This document shows, piece after piece, positions 1 through 13,373 of a stretch of 64,000 nucleotides of DNA. The position numbers and the translations under genes are program-made. This DNA is from Harriotta raleighana (Eukaryota): assembly GCA_050575255.1 (NCBI GenBank), contig JBNZDD010013730.1, positions 6,106,543-6,170,542 on the forward strand, in the 5' to 3' direction. How positions within the stretch are numbered: the first letter of the stretch is position 1; every line of letters starts with the position of its first letter. Below the pieces are notes generated by a model that was given only the letters and a program-made list of their open reading frames with translations, was not told where the DNA came from and did not search any database.

Positions 1-932
1 ATTCTTAATAAAGAGATGTTGATTTCAGCAGCTAATTCTCATATATTCATAACTGGAAAGCCTTTCCTCCCTGCTCATTCATCAGCACTGTGAAGTGCCC
101 TGAGCCATTTATCCAAGCTATTGTATTCAAAGCGTAGACTGTATACAACTGGTGTCTACACGACGCTATGCAAAAGTCTGTGTGGTTTGAGAAGAGGATG
201 CAAATGTACAGAGTATATTTTTACATTAAGACAAATGGTTTAAAAGTGCTGGGAGTACAGCAAAGATCAATACATGTGTTCTGTACACTTTAAGCAAGCA
301 GACAACCCAGTGTAAACAGGGATATGAGGGAATTGCCTGAACTCTACGGAATAGCTGGGACACGATTAAACTGTTGAAGGAAATGTCCATAAGTAACACT
401 GAATGAATACGAAAGAGGGATCTGAGAATGTTACGAAAAATCAGCACAGAAGGAGGTCATTTAGTTCAGGTGGTGGGGCTGTGAAAAGAAAGGGCACTGG
501 ACAGAGAGAGGGTTGCTGACGCTGACAGCGAGGAGAGTGCAATGGGGAAGCCTTGTGGTATTAATAGCCTGGTGATTGGCTGATTTCAACAACTGACAAG
601 CACATGAAAGCATAAAGCTCAGGAGCAGACCAATTTAGCAAGCATCAACTTTAAGAACCATCACATTCATTAACTCCAGCAGATGTCTTGAAAGCAGCTC
701 TTTCATTCATTCTGTCACATAGCTGCAATGCGCCTCTAATATGGCACAGTTTCATTGATCCAACTGCTTTGGAGTGTCGTGCTGGGAATTTTAATGAACA
801 TTTTGCATAATGTGTTAATTCAGGTATCACAGACTGGTGATCACAATAGAGGCCATTTGTCGTGGAAGAAATGGCCTTGTGTGAAATGAACACACACTTA
901 CGACCTATCACCAAATGGTCATTTTACATTTG

Positions 933-1275
933 ATAATAATAATAGTAATCCTTGTATTTGATATAACACCTTATTATGTCTTTGAAACGTCTGAAAGTAC
1001 TTCACAGAATGTACAGTACTGTAAAGCGAAAATCCATGCACAGGAATGTCCCACAGATACCCATGAGGCGGATGATTAATTTAATCAGAAGAATCATTAG
1101 CCAGGATAGCAGGAGGCACTCCCTTCCCTTTTTGAACAACGCCATTGGTTCTTTAATGTCTTCCCAAAGAGTGAGAGTTCATTGGTTTATTATCTCATCT
1201 GAAGAATGGCTCTTCGGACAATGCAAAACTTCCCTCGCACTGCATTGTGGTATCAGACTGGACTATAAGAACATG
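933..1275 (-). mobile_element. Old long-form Deu-domain SINE (SacSINE1/AmnSINE1-like), 5' truncated
   Basis: Reverse strand reads ...TGCAGTGCGAGGGAAGTTTTGCATTGTCCGAAGAGCCATTCTTCAGATGAGATAATAAACC...TGTGGGACATTCCTGTGCA... and ends in the family tail (TATATCAAATACAAGGATTACTATTATT). Family name is from a recalled consensus. Confidence 0.75.
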
Positions 1276-1695
1276 ATTTTGTACAAAACTCATAAACTTT
1301 GCATGATTTTGTGCAATTTCTGGGAAAATGCGTTGCTCCCAGATTTTGTTTCACTAATTCCTCTTGTGAGCATGACATTTCTGTATCCTGTGGGTGAATG
1401 TTGTATTGCATTCTGCAGTTCTTATTAAAAAAAACTAACCTATTGCACCCATGAGAGTGTACAATTCCATGTAAATTTTCTCCCTCAGATTTTCTCTTAA
1501 TGTTTCCCTTGCTTTCCCTCATCTTGAAGTCAATGGGTCCTATTCAACAGTCTCCCTACAGCATCTTTCAATCACTGTCGGAGAGAGAAATTGAGTGCGA
1601 TGGTTTGAGAGATGGATTAGTGATAACTTAGTGTGGTGGGGAAGGTGGGTTACTTCAAGAGTCCAGTGGTCTTTTCCTACTCTTGTTACTGTTCT

Positions 1696-1830
1696 GTTCC
1701 CAAGTGGCCATTCATCACAAGTGAGGCTGCACAATGAGGATTAGCAGGCTATTCAACTTTGAAAGGGCATCATGTTCCAACTTGGCATACACAGACACAC
1801 ATTTCCAGCATTTCCAGTAGAGGGGAATTA
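1696..1830 (-). mobile_element. Ancient SINE relic, AmnSINE2-like
   Basis: CCCAAGTGGCCATTC...GTGAGGCTG...AGCAGGCTATTCAAC...GGGCATCA...TTTCCAG. A related motif recurs at about 15580-15625. Family assignment is from memory. Confidence 0.5.
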
Positions 1831-2655
1831 TTACAAAGGAATATCAAACTATCAGTCTAAGCATTAGTGTCTACATTAATCAGGTACCCTCATTAACCGA
1901 GTAAGGAATTTGGGTTTTGAAATGGCAGTGGTAAAATAGCAAACCGAAAATTAATGAATTGTCCTCATTCCTAAAATGTCCAGAAAGTGAAACTCGATTG
2001 TATTAAGTAAAGAAGAACATAGATATTTAGTTTCAAATATTCACACATGATGAGCATCCAGTGTTTTGGAGTAACGTTTCAATGATTCTGATTGATTTCC
2101 TCTTTTCTGTTATCCATTCTCCAGAAATATAGAAACATACTCGTACTTGGAAGCCACAACATCAGGGTCTAATTTATGGCAATTCATAACAGGAATCATT
2201 AATGTAGATCCCAGCCAAAAATCATGCTGGTAACCAGAAGTGAGTCACATCGACCAACAGGAACCAACTTGCCTGAGACAGATTGTGGAACTCTCACTGG
2301 TCCGTGAGATGCATTTCTGGTTACAAACAGGAATCCCTACATTATATTTAAGATTATAAATGACTGAAAATGCCTCATTTTACAAATTGCATTATTTTAA
2401 GACCTCATTGTGTGCAACTTAGTTTAATCAATGGCAGAGGTCCGCATGATGTCCTATATAGGTCAACTTTGATTTAATGTCTACCAATAATCTAGTGGAT
2501 TAAGAAGACATCCACAGACTTGTTCTGTTCCAATTTTAAAAACGCTGCAAATGTGCAATTTTTAAATAAATGAGTATTTATTCATACTGGTATAATAGTT
2601 GATTTCTACTTTCGGAAAGACTCTCTACTCGTGTGATTTTTATTGTTTTATTTAA

Positions 2656-2713
2656 AAGCTCTGAGACGCTGTCTGGGGTGGAGGGTGCTATATAAATCGA
2701 AGTTGTTGTTGTT
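2656..2713 (+). mobile_element. L2 LINE 3' tail fragment
   Basis: GCTCTGAGACGC...GGAGGGTGCTATATAAATCGAAGTTGTTGTTG matches the reverse complement of the L2 tail at 60147-60200. Confidence 0.7.
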
Positions 2714-5700
2714 CAACTTCAATTGGAAATAATTGAACTTTACTGCTACAGGTTCACCTTAATCTGGTTTCCACCTTGGCCACCAACTTCAAATGATCAT
2801 TCATCATGTTTCCTATTTTCATCACCCCCGCCGCTCCCCACCCCCCAACTGCAGAAACCTATTCGTACCAGTTACAAACAGTCATTATAGTACAGAACAA
2901 AATAATCAGCCTTTCAGCACAATAATGCTATCTATTAACAAACATTACAGCATTTGCTGTTGTCATGCATCAATGAAGCAAACTGAGAGGAAAAAGACCC
3001 TCTAGGATTCTCTATAAAACAGCTGGAAAATAGTTTTACAATAGTTGAAAATATCTGAATATCTGAACTTGTTAGAACAAAAACTATAATTTGCACCAAG
3101 GTTGAAAGAGTAGCTCGCACATTTAGATCTATCTGTTCCATGCACAACTTAATAATCTATAGAAAATTGTTTTGATGTGCTTCCAATATTGAAACACATT
3201 GAAAGTGTTGATGCAATATTCATAAAAGAGCGGTTACACCAGATTAACCATTGCAGTTATTCCTGGACCTTATTTACTGCTACTCATGTAAACACCAGAC
3301 CATTCAAGAAGTTATCTTTCTGTATTTGATACAGTACACAGGTAGATTGAAAGTTCTGAAAGAAATCTTGTTTTTTTTAAAAATAAAAAATCATTCAAAG
3401 TAGAATTGAAACTCTGGTGGTTACCTTTGCCAAATGAATAATTATTTCTGGATTTGACACAACAAAGAGCTCAGTACAACCTGCTAGATTCCTTGGATCA
3501 ACTCTTCATCATGTCAACAGATACTCTACACTGTGTGCTGGCTATAGTCCCATTGCAGTTTGTCAAATTTTACATCTTGCAGGTTCTGTACAAACATATT
3601 CTAATGTTCATCTGCTTCCAGACAGTTCAGATCTTTCCAATGTAATAATAATTCTTACATCTGTTACAGTACTTTTCATGTTGGGATAATGTCTCAAAGT
3701 GCTTCAGAGGCTATATTCTAAAATGGAATGGATTGTATGAATGATAAAACAACAGAGAACCAAAAATATGATTAGATAGCACATTAATTAAATTATTCAA
3801 AAATTGAATGCAGAGAGAAAATAGTGTAATGAACAGTAGGATTGAAATTTTTGCCACCTTATCCACCGAACCCCACTCCCCTGTCCCCCCACACCTTCCC
3901 AAAAAAATGCTTACAAATGTATTTACTGTACTTAGGAAACTAGTTCAGTGAAGTGTGTTTCAATTCACATCCTACATGGGTTTCACAATAAATATCCACT
4001 TAAAAGACTTTGGTTGTTTCAGCAAGTCAGCTATGGTCTATTTGGGAGTGTTCTATAGTTTGGTGCTACACAGGAAAGTAACCATTGTTTTTGGAAGACT
4101 AGAGATTTTTTCCTTACACAGGTAGGTTAAACGTTAACATCCTCTTCACATCAATAGCATGCAAGTTTTATTTCACTTTCTATTTTAGGTTTGGACTCAC
4201 AGGCACCATCTACTTGAGATATGAGGGAGAAGTTAGATTTAAAAACAAGAGACGAGTTCGATGGCTGCTCAGAATCTAACTAACTCGAGATAGCCTAGTA
4301 CATTCTGTCTGCTAATGCTATCAAGCTTGTCATTGACACTTAGAGGGATTGAATGATTTTGATAGGTTTAGCAAACAGTCAGCAGTTGTATTGGACCCTC
4401 TCGTGCTATGGAACATTTAATGCAAATAAAGGGTGAATATTCCAATACTGTATCATTATTGACATATTGTAATTGCGACCAGATGTAATCTAACTATTTT
4501 CAGATTTGAAGGAATGGAATTCAAAGATTCAATTGAAAAATAGCCCCTGAGATTTTCTTTACATTTGCTGAATTATATTTCCACAACTTTTGGTTGAAGA
4601 AGCCTGGACAATGGACCACCCACTTGTGGGTCTCCATCCAAGACAGTTGCACCACCTGGATCGTAAACCTCAGTATTTATTAGGCTTGTTGAATTGGCTG
4701 TTGACTTACTCACACATTAGTTCTTGCAAAATTTCCACTTTGCGGCCAAGTAGATATCGTTCAAGCAGACACGGATTTTGCGAAAGTCTGAATTGATGAC
4801 CATTAGCATTCCAGTTGCACACATCATTTAGCAGAAACAAAGCCAAGTGATAGAAAATTGTATCAAGAAATATCCCTTCTGACAAAGTTCAAGAAGTTCC
4901 AATGCCACGGACGAATACCCAAATGGTGCTCAGCATCTGCCTATTGAGGAGAGAAAATTAATGAGAATAAATTTAGCAAAGAGCAGCTATCAACTTTGCA
5001 GTGTTCCTGCACTGCATCCTGATGTCCAGGATGGTTCTAAATGCACGAAGCTACTTGAATACCTAGAAGAACCCTGCAGCAGAAATGCTTGTCCCATGCT
5101 TCCTGTGGGATTTCAACAACGTCCTTGAGATAGAGGCTTTACTGACATTTTGGGATTGCAGAAATAGTTTCTATATTGAACATACAGGTCCTGCCATCTG
5201 AACAAATTCCCTGAGGCAGAGAAATCACCTGATGGAGGGTGCCCATGAAAAAAATGCAGGTTCAAGTTCGATAATTTATTCTGAAGGAATTTGTTTACTC
5301 CAGGGAGAATAGCATTCAAATTCCCAGAGCTATCTGTGGGTGTCCTTTGTCACTGCAACTATGCTGAAAATAATGTCAGCTTCACTGTCCAAGTGCCCCC
5401 AAAGGCCACAATTAAATCTAATGTGCACATTAAGTCACTTTGTGCCACGCTGCCAAACCTTAAATAATAAACAAAGCTTTAGCACAATCTTACTGTAGCA
5501 TGTCAGTGCAAAATATTAATGTAAGATTAGTTCTTGTGACTGTTTTAATTAATGAAGAGCATTACATTGATCATTACTATGTTCATGGGTTCCTTCTGTG
5601 CAGTAAACCCAGTTATTTTCAAAACAACATAATTAAAATGAAAAAAAAAGCCTAGATAAATACTTTCACGACCAAGAGTTCCTCTGAGTTGCTTTCCAGA

Positions 5701-7062
5701 ACCCCATGCACATCATTTATTCCCAAATTGCAGATTATTGTATCAGATCAGGTTGTGAGTGGAGACCCACAATGTGGCATCTTCACAGAAGGCAAATGAA
5801 ACTGTTTCACAAAGATATTTCCTTCCTTGCAAATCTCTCACTTCCCCCACTATCCAGGAGCAACAACCACCAAATTGACAAACTGGAAAGTCATTAATCC
5901 TGATCGTCTCCGTTTGTTTCTAAAATACAATCAGTGATGTTTTGCAATAGCTGCCAGATCCTTATTAATTGCTTGCAGTAGAATCATTATCCTTCATGCA
6001 CACCACAAATTCCTGCAAGGATGTTCCAATAACCTGAAGTTACTGTAGATTTTCCCAATGTTCTCTGTTTAAAAGTTACTAAGTAAGTGTACAATATTAA
6101 AGTGTTGTTGAAGCCTTAAACTAATCAACTCATCACAGTTTTGAAGCATTTTAGTAAGGTCACCAACAATAATTAGCAGTAGACTTAAATTCCCTAAGAT
6201 GACATTACAATCAAGACTCCCATTGCAGAACACTACATCAAGACTATTGTACATTGTGCAATTATAAATATATTGCCAGTCAGATAAAGACTGGCAATAT
6301 AGCTTTTTCATGTTCAGTTTTTAGTTAAAAGCTTTCTCCAAGATACAATTACAAATTAGCACGTATTAAAGAATACAGCACATATACCATACTCCTGAAA
6401 ACACTTTTTAGAGGACATAGGTAGAAATGTGAAATAATCTTCCAAGCAATAAAAGCAATGTGCAAAATAAGCCAATGTAGAATGGATTTTGGAAAAATCA
6501 ACGGCTATGTTATCAATCATTCCTTGGCAGCTGTGCGAAACATGATCATTGTCTGGACTATTGCTCGATTGAAGAATCAACCCGAAAATCACAGATTCAT
6601 GCAATATCAAAAGAAATTTAATATTTTGCATTCACCTTCCACTGATCATATTATTATGAAGCATTATAATGCAAATTGTTAGCAGGTTTACATACACCCT
6701 TACAGACAAATTCATTTAAATTACTCAATTCTTTCAGTTCATAAAAAAAATTTAAGCTTGTTTTGCACTAATTCCAGTCAGACACATTTACATGCAATTT
6801 ATAAAAATTGAAGAAATGGAGTAACCCATGTTTCTTCCGAAAGCTTGCACACCACTTTACAGAATATCTTGTGAATCACTTTGAGACATCTTGACGTAAA
6901 GCACTGTATTAAATGCACTGTATTAAATCAAAATGATTTTGTATTACTTTTACCATAAAATGACTAATTAAAAAAGATTAAGAGAAAGGGAGTAAAAGGA
7001 GTTTACTGAAAAGGTTTGAAACCAAATATACATTTAAAAATTGTAAAGGGCAACGTATTTGT

Positions 7063-7335
7063 GGAGTCCTGTAACTCAGTGGCTAGAGCACTCGCCTTGA
7101 TTTGATTCCAGCAGAGCAAAACCTTGGGTATTAATAATAATCCCTCAAAAAAAAACAATAATTAATTGGACATTTCAATCCACGACTGTTTTGTGGGACA
7201 TTAATGTGCACAATTGGCTGCCGTGTTTCTTCCACAAATATAATGTCAATTCACTTTACAGTATATTGTGTGAAGTGCTTTAAGACATCTAGAAACCGTG
7301 AAAAGTGCTTTATCAAAATGAAAGGATTCTTATTC
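7063..7335 (+). mobile_element. Near full-length short-form tRNA-derived Deu SINE
   Basis: tRNA-like head with A box (TAACTCAGTGG) and degenerate B box (TTTGATTCC), core TGTGGGACA..TGTGCACAATTGGCTGCCGTGTTT, and tail GTGAAAAGTGCTTTATCAAAATGAAAGGATT. Confidence 0.85.
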
Positions 7336-8175
7336 TAGATTGTATGAATTTATAAAGAGTAGAGATAACTTAATTACTAATTTCTACATTATAGACAAGA
7401 CTTTTCCAATTAAAAGACTAAAAGAGGTTATAGCTGAACCAACTTTCAATGCACGGTTACTTTTACACTGAACTGATTCAAGGTGATCTGTAAATAGCAG
7501 TTGGATAATGCATCAAAGAGCAAGATCCAACAGTTGATAATCAGTGTCACTTTATGTTGGTTGAATTTTTGTTCAGTCACTAAGTGAGTGCACACACTTT
7601 TTAATAACTTTGTACAAATGCTTAATTTGCACAGCACAACCAGTTCATTAAAATGTTTTTATTACATTTCTTTTTCAACAAACTTTTGAAAATGTTAAGT
7701 GTCATGGCATAGCCATTTTAAATTATTTGGCAATCAATCTTCAAGAAAATGGGCCGATTAAATTTTAAATTTTTAGTGCATTCATATTGTAGTAATTAAA
7801 ACATCCATAAATAAATAGATTTTGGACAGATATTAATGTGATGTATGGGAGTGTTGCTGGTGTTCAGTGAAGTTCTTTATTTATTTTACAAATTCATTGA
7901 CAATTCGAAGGACATGACCTCCATTTGGTTCACCATATTTATGTGGATTGTTGAAGTTATAACCATATTTCTATTTGTGATTTATCTCAGCTCATGATTA
8001 GCATCTCCTTTCACATTGTATGAAGTGCTTTGAGATGTCCTCCCAATGTGAAAGACACTGTATCAAATTGAAGAATTATTATCATTATCATTTTATTATA
8101 CTGTATCAAACTAGCAAATGCGGGAAAAATAACTTGCATTTTTGAACCACCTTCACATATTAAAATAGCTTAATC

Positions 8176-8363
8176 TAATTACTATCAAGTGTAGTGACTG
8201 TTTTTATACTACTTTTTTTCTATTATCAATTATTTGTTGTACTGAATTTGTAAATAAGCTCAACGGAAAGTAATTACTATCAAGTGTGGTGACTTTTTAT
8301 AATACTTTTACTTATATTATATTGTCTATTATCAATTGTTTGTTGTACTGAAATTTTAAAGCT
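8176..8363. repeat. Diverged tandem duplication, ~95 bp unit x2
   Basis: TAATTACTATCAAGTGT(A/G)GTGACT...CTATTATCAATT(A/G)TTTGTTGTACTGAA starts at both 8176 and 8271. Confidence 0.8.
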
Positions 8364-8414
8364 CTCCAAGATGTTACCAAACATGAAGGAGCACATTGCT
8401 GTTGCTGAAATATA

Positions 8415-8622
8415 GAATAGATTCTTATTGGCACACTTGAAAATGTTATTCTCACCTTTACAAAATAAATTTTGCTACAGCTAGCATTAATATTACAATA
8501 TTAGATAAGTANGAATAGATTCTTATTGGCACACTTGAAAATGTTATTCTCACCTTTACAAATAAATTTCAGTCGGTCTCACCAGTGTACAGCTAGCATT
8601 AATATTACAATATTAGATAAGT
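8415..8622. other. Duplication around a single N; probable assembly artefact holding both haplotypes
   Basis: 8415-8510 and 8513-8622 are identical except for a central indel and a 1-nt A-run difference, and are separated by 'an'. Confidence 0.7.
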
Positions 8623-8624
8623 GG

Positions 8625-8735
8625 TGTGTAGTTCTGGAGCTTTGTGATTAGAGCACTCGCTTCACAAGTTGGAGGACCTGGGTTTGATTCCCACACACCT
8701 CTGTTTACCTAGCAGTAAATAGAAACCTGGACGTA
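8625..8735 (+). mobile_element. tRNA-headed SINE fragment with a non-Deu body
   Basis: Head TAGAGCACTCGC...ACCTGGGTTTGATTCCC resembles the heads at 7063 and 54255, but is followed by CTCTGTTTACCTAGCAGTAAATAG instead of the Deu core. Confidence 0.55.
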
Positions 8736-11700
8736 AGGCATTACTAGCATCCAATAACCTGCAAACTTGCTGTAATCTGTAATGACTTTGGTATGACCCA
8801 GAATTCAATTAAAGTTCAAATAACTCTGAGTCACCATCAATATTCCACTAAGTAAATATTTGTATTGCAAATTTTTAAATCAAATAGATTTAAAATTATA
8901 ACAACAGAACAAAAAAATTCCTTTTTTAAAATAATTGCTGATGAAATGAGGAATAATATTGGCACACAATAGAAAATATAATTGAAGAACAGCAACAAAT
9001 TTGCAGACAAAGGCATTTACTGATCACTTCTGCCCAGTTGTCTGTCAGCATGAACGTGTAGAACATCAATTAAAAAGATTAACAAAATATGTCTTGAAAG
9101 TGGCACATGCATTGGAAGCATGCCCAGATAATGAGAAAATTGCACGAAAGTACTTCACTTACATAATGAACAATCAATTTGAATATTTATTAAGCACCTT
9201 GGAATATTAGTTATCTAATAATAAAATAAAGATTTTTTTTATTTTGTGCTTTACCTCTTAAGAGGGATCTTGTTTCTGATTGACAGTAAACTTGGCTAAC
9301 CAGTGTAATCCATTTTGGAGGAGCCATTGCGTAAAGGACGTTTAGTTGATTGCAACAAACTACAGGCATTAATTTACTTCACAGGTAATTGAATGGGATG
9401 GCTCATTGCTTTATGAAATCTCCTCATCGGAGACAGGTTTGTTAGGGTAATATTTTCCATTGATGGTTATTTTTAAACACAAGTCTCTTCATTTTCCATT
9501 TAGGTTTAAATTCAAACACAAATCTACAATTATCTCCTAGCAGGGCTGAAATATTGTTGTTTGTTTGAAAAAAAACCCTATGAGTGATTCAATTTGAACA
9601 GGTTCCACTTCTTGTCAACGCATACCAGATAATGTAAAAACAAATGCTAGCTGATTGGTTGGTGAGGAGGTCAGTCATGCTGGTTGGAGTATTATATTCT
9701 GTGAATTTAATTACAATTTCAAAGCAACATACCAAACAATTTTCAAAGAGATAATGCTCTATGATAGTCTAAAAAGTAATTAAAAGTCAAACATGATATC
9801 AAACAATTAAAGGATGTACTCCAAGGTGTATCCTAAATATATGAATATTGGCCTTCATGCCAATTAAAGTACTCTTATCACCTTTAGTTAAAATAGCACT
9901 TTGTCCCTAAATACAGAATGAGATCTTCCATCTACAAAATGATAACCATAATAAAATAATAGGATTGTTTTATGTTTGATGCTTTTTTTTCCAGTGTATA
10001 ATCACCACTCCAAGGTATGAGGCTGATGATCCTCAGGCAAGAGCAAGCGAAAAGCAAAGGCAAAATAGGAAAGAAGAAGACAAATCATCTGATGATTGCG
10101 CCCTACACCACCAAGTTGCTCCAAATATCTCTGATTGCACAGGATATAATTATGAAAAGCATCCATCTGGCCTCTTAAAACAGGTTGATTTGATGTTGCT
10201 TTTGTTTTCCTGCAGTCGTCAAGATGCATTACCATAGGTTTCCATCTAATCTACCAAAGGGTAAAACTATGTCTACAATGTCTTCACATAGAACGTAAAA
10301 TGCAATAGAAATATTTCATTGGTAGTGTTATGAATATCTCACTTGCAATCCGCGTTTATACTCACAGAATAGTAAACAATTCAATAAGCTGTGCTTTTCT
10401 TTATTCGTTGCAATGATTATGTTCCTATGATTAATATCTAGTCCACATCACTTCAGGCAAAATGCATAGATATTAAACCAATGTTTGTGTAATGCTGAAA
10501 ATGAGCCTCACCCTCTGACTAACACACTCCAATTTCTTTTTATTTGTAATAGACAATGTACCTTTTTCTGTTGGGGGTGGGGGAGGTCTAACATTTGTTG
10601 GCATAACCAAAAATACCTTAACAGAATGAGCAGTACATACATTAAAAATTACTCTGTTTAAAAACAATTCTATTCAGATCCTATTCATTTCTTGATTATA
10701 TTTAGAGTCAATGACAAAAGAATCACAGAATCAGAATTCAAAAGCTGGAAATTTGAATCCTACCAGAAAAGATCTGATGAGATTAATTGTAAAACCCAGA
10801 CAATGGAAGAAAGAAATAAACATTGTTAACTGGCATGGGCGGATTTGTTTTGAGAAAAATCAGGCGATTTTTAAAATAACAGTACTTTTAAGGACAAAAT
10901 GAACGATTAAGGCTGAATATTGAAGAGAGAGATAAGTAATATGAGAGGTCAGGCAAGTATTGGTTTTAAGTACTGCAACAACAAAATTACATTCGTATAG
11001 CACCTTTCATGTCAGGAGGACATTCCACAGATAAACTCACAGATAAACTCAATGTTTGATGGTGCTCCACAAGGCTCTTGTTGGATTCCCACAGATTAGA
11101 GCATCTCTTTCCATGGAACATATATATTTTAAAGCTCTTTTTAAGCAGTTTGTGTGTTATTTAATACAGAATTCTTGGATTTGATATACAGCAGTAAAAG
11201 TACTTGATAAAGTTTGAAAAGTGTCAAAGCTTAATTAAGTTATTTTCCTTCAAGTAACATTCAAATGCAAAGATTTTGTGACCATAACCTTTTTAGAAGA
11301 AAACAAAGCAAAAGATAAATCAGTTGAGGCTCCAAAGGGCAAGACATCAAAATTGATTTCAGAAGACCAAAGCATTGAATCATTGTATCCTAAGGATTGG
11401 GCTAAAAGTCTAAATCCCACAGTTAAGAGACTGGTATTTAAAGGGTCGATATAGAAAAGGCAATTATTAAGAAAAACAAAAGGTTATTGAAAAACTGAAA
11501 GAGGCAAATATAGATAATGTGTCCAGTATATGTCAACAATCAGAAGAGTGTAAGGACACTGATACATTCTTTATCTCCCCTTTTCTATACCTCCCTTTGC
11601 TTTTCACTATTCATAACTTGCCCTGCGGTGGACAAAGCACCAGACTCACATGTCAATTTGCAATTTTACAACTTTTATGCTGAATACACACAAAATGCAT

Positions 11701-12739
11701 GGTTATAGAACTAGGCACTATTGTCTGGAAAACCATCTGAAAATTCCTGATTACTGACACAATATCCAACAAAGAACATAGTTCAAAATAACATTACACC
11801 ATAGATTACATTATTAATGGCCATTAATGGGATTACAACTGATCAATTATTTAAGATATTTCAAGACATGTTGAGCATATTAATTCATGTGAGATTGAGG
11901 AATACATAAATCTTTTTATGCAAATCACATCTGGAATACTTAATGGACCCACATCCAGTGGTATATCAGCAAACGTATACAAGAAAGATTATTTCTGTGT
12001 TTCAACCTGACCCCAATGCCAGCATTCTATTCAGCGGAGCACTGGAATTTCATTACACAAACATCCTAAAATACTCCACGAAACACCAAGGGAGAAAATG
12101 TATCAACCTTAATCAAAACACAAATTCAAGACATCATCTGGAACAAATTCTAAAGAGACAGGATATCAATGTGATATCAAATAAATCACCAAGGATGAAG
12201 CTTGGGGGGAGTACCCATACTGTGTCTCAAAGGCCCAGTTACACAATCCAAAACTGTAAAATCCATCTCTTAGTAGGATTATCTTGTTACAAAACATATG
12301 CCTGACACTAATAAAACACAATGATTTAGTGGCATAGTTTAAGAATATTATCGGAAAGACAATTGGTGTCCTTGCAGTTAATTTCCAGTGGAGTAGTGTC
12401 ATTTGAAGAAACCTTTCACACATCCAGACTTCCTAATGTAAGATATGATATCTGGGCTTTTCTACTTATGAATATACAGTAATGTATTCCTTGCTGTGGA
12501 TTCAGATATTAGTCTAGTAACAGCATCTTAATGAGTGATATGTGTATCTATCTACTCAGATGCCCCCAATGCAGTACACTATACTTCAGAACTGCCTTTG
12601 GATCGAAGAAGTTTGTAGGATTGCACTAATTATTTCTTCACAAGGCTAATTACTTTATAAGTATTTTAATCATCTTGAAGTTTTTCTTCTCAAATAGGAG
12701 GGTTTTTTTCTGGATATGATGTAACATCCCTAAGTGTTC

Positions 12740-13373
12740 TGTCCCAAGCCATGAACTGCTCTGCCTTTTCTCACCTCCATACATTGCCCGATTCTGCCAC
12801 AACTCATGACCTCAGACCACTCATTCATGCCTTCATCACATCGAGGCTCGATTACCAATCCCCTGCTTGTCGGTCTTCCCAATTCCTCCCTCCATAGGAG
12901 ATCATCCCGTGTCCTCTACCGCTCCAAACTCCATGACACCAGCTCCCCCATTCTCGCCCGACTCCATCAGCTCCAAATCACCCAGAGGTTTCAATTCAAG
13001 ATCCGGGGCCTCACCTTCAAATTCCTCCATGGCCTCGCCCCACCCTACTTCTGCAACCTCCTAACCCCTACCAACCTACCCGCACCATGCGCTCAGCAGG
13101 CTCTGGCCTGCTCCAATCCTCCGACACACCCGCCCTAACCTCTGGAATTCCACCCTGCAGTCCCTCCACCTCGTCCTCTCCCAAGCCTCCTTCAAGTCCT
13201 GCCTCGAGACTTTCCTCTTCAAAGATCTCATCAGTCACTCTAAATCCTTTCCTTTCACTCCACCCTCCCCGATCCCGACCCCAGCTCGGGTCTGAAACAT
13301 TGACTGTCCAACGCCTTGGGATGTCCTTCCGATGTGAAAGGGGCTATACAAAGATAATTTTGTTGCTGTTGTT
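12740..13373 (+). mobile_element. L2 LINE 3' fragment (frameshifted ORF2 C-terminus plus 3' UTR)
   Basis: Broken frames give LIHAFITSRLDY, LLVGLP, SPILARLH and FKFLHGLAPPY. Tail GTGAAAGGGGCTATACAAAGATAATTTTGTTGCTGTTG. Confidence 0.9.

Noticed and set aside
7063-7115. tRNA gene (also at 8625, 46975 and 54285)
   Set aside because: The A and B boxes belong to SINE heads and no cloverleaf can be formed.
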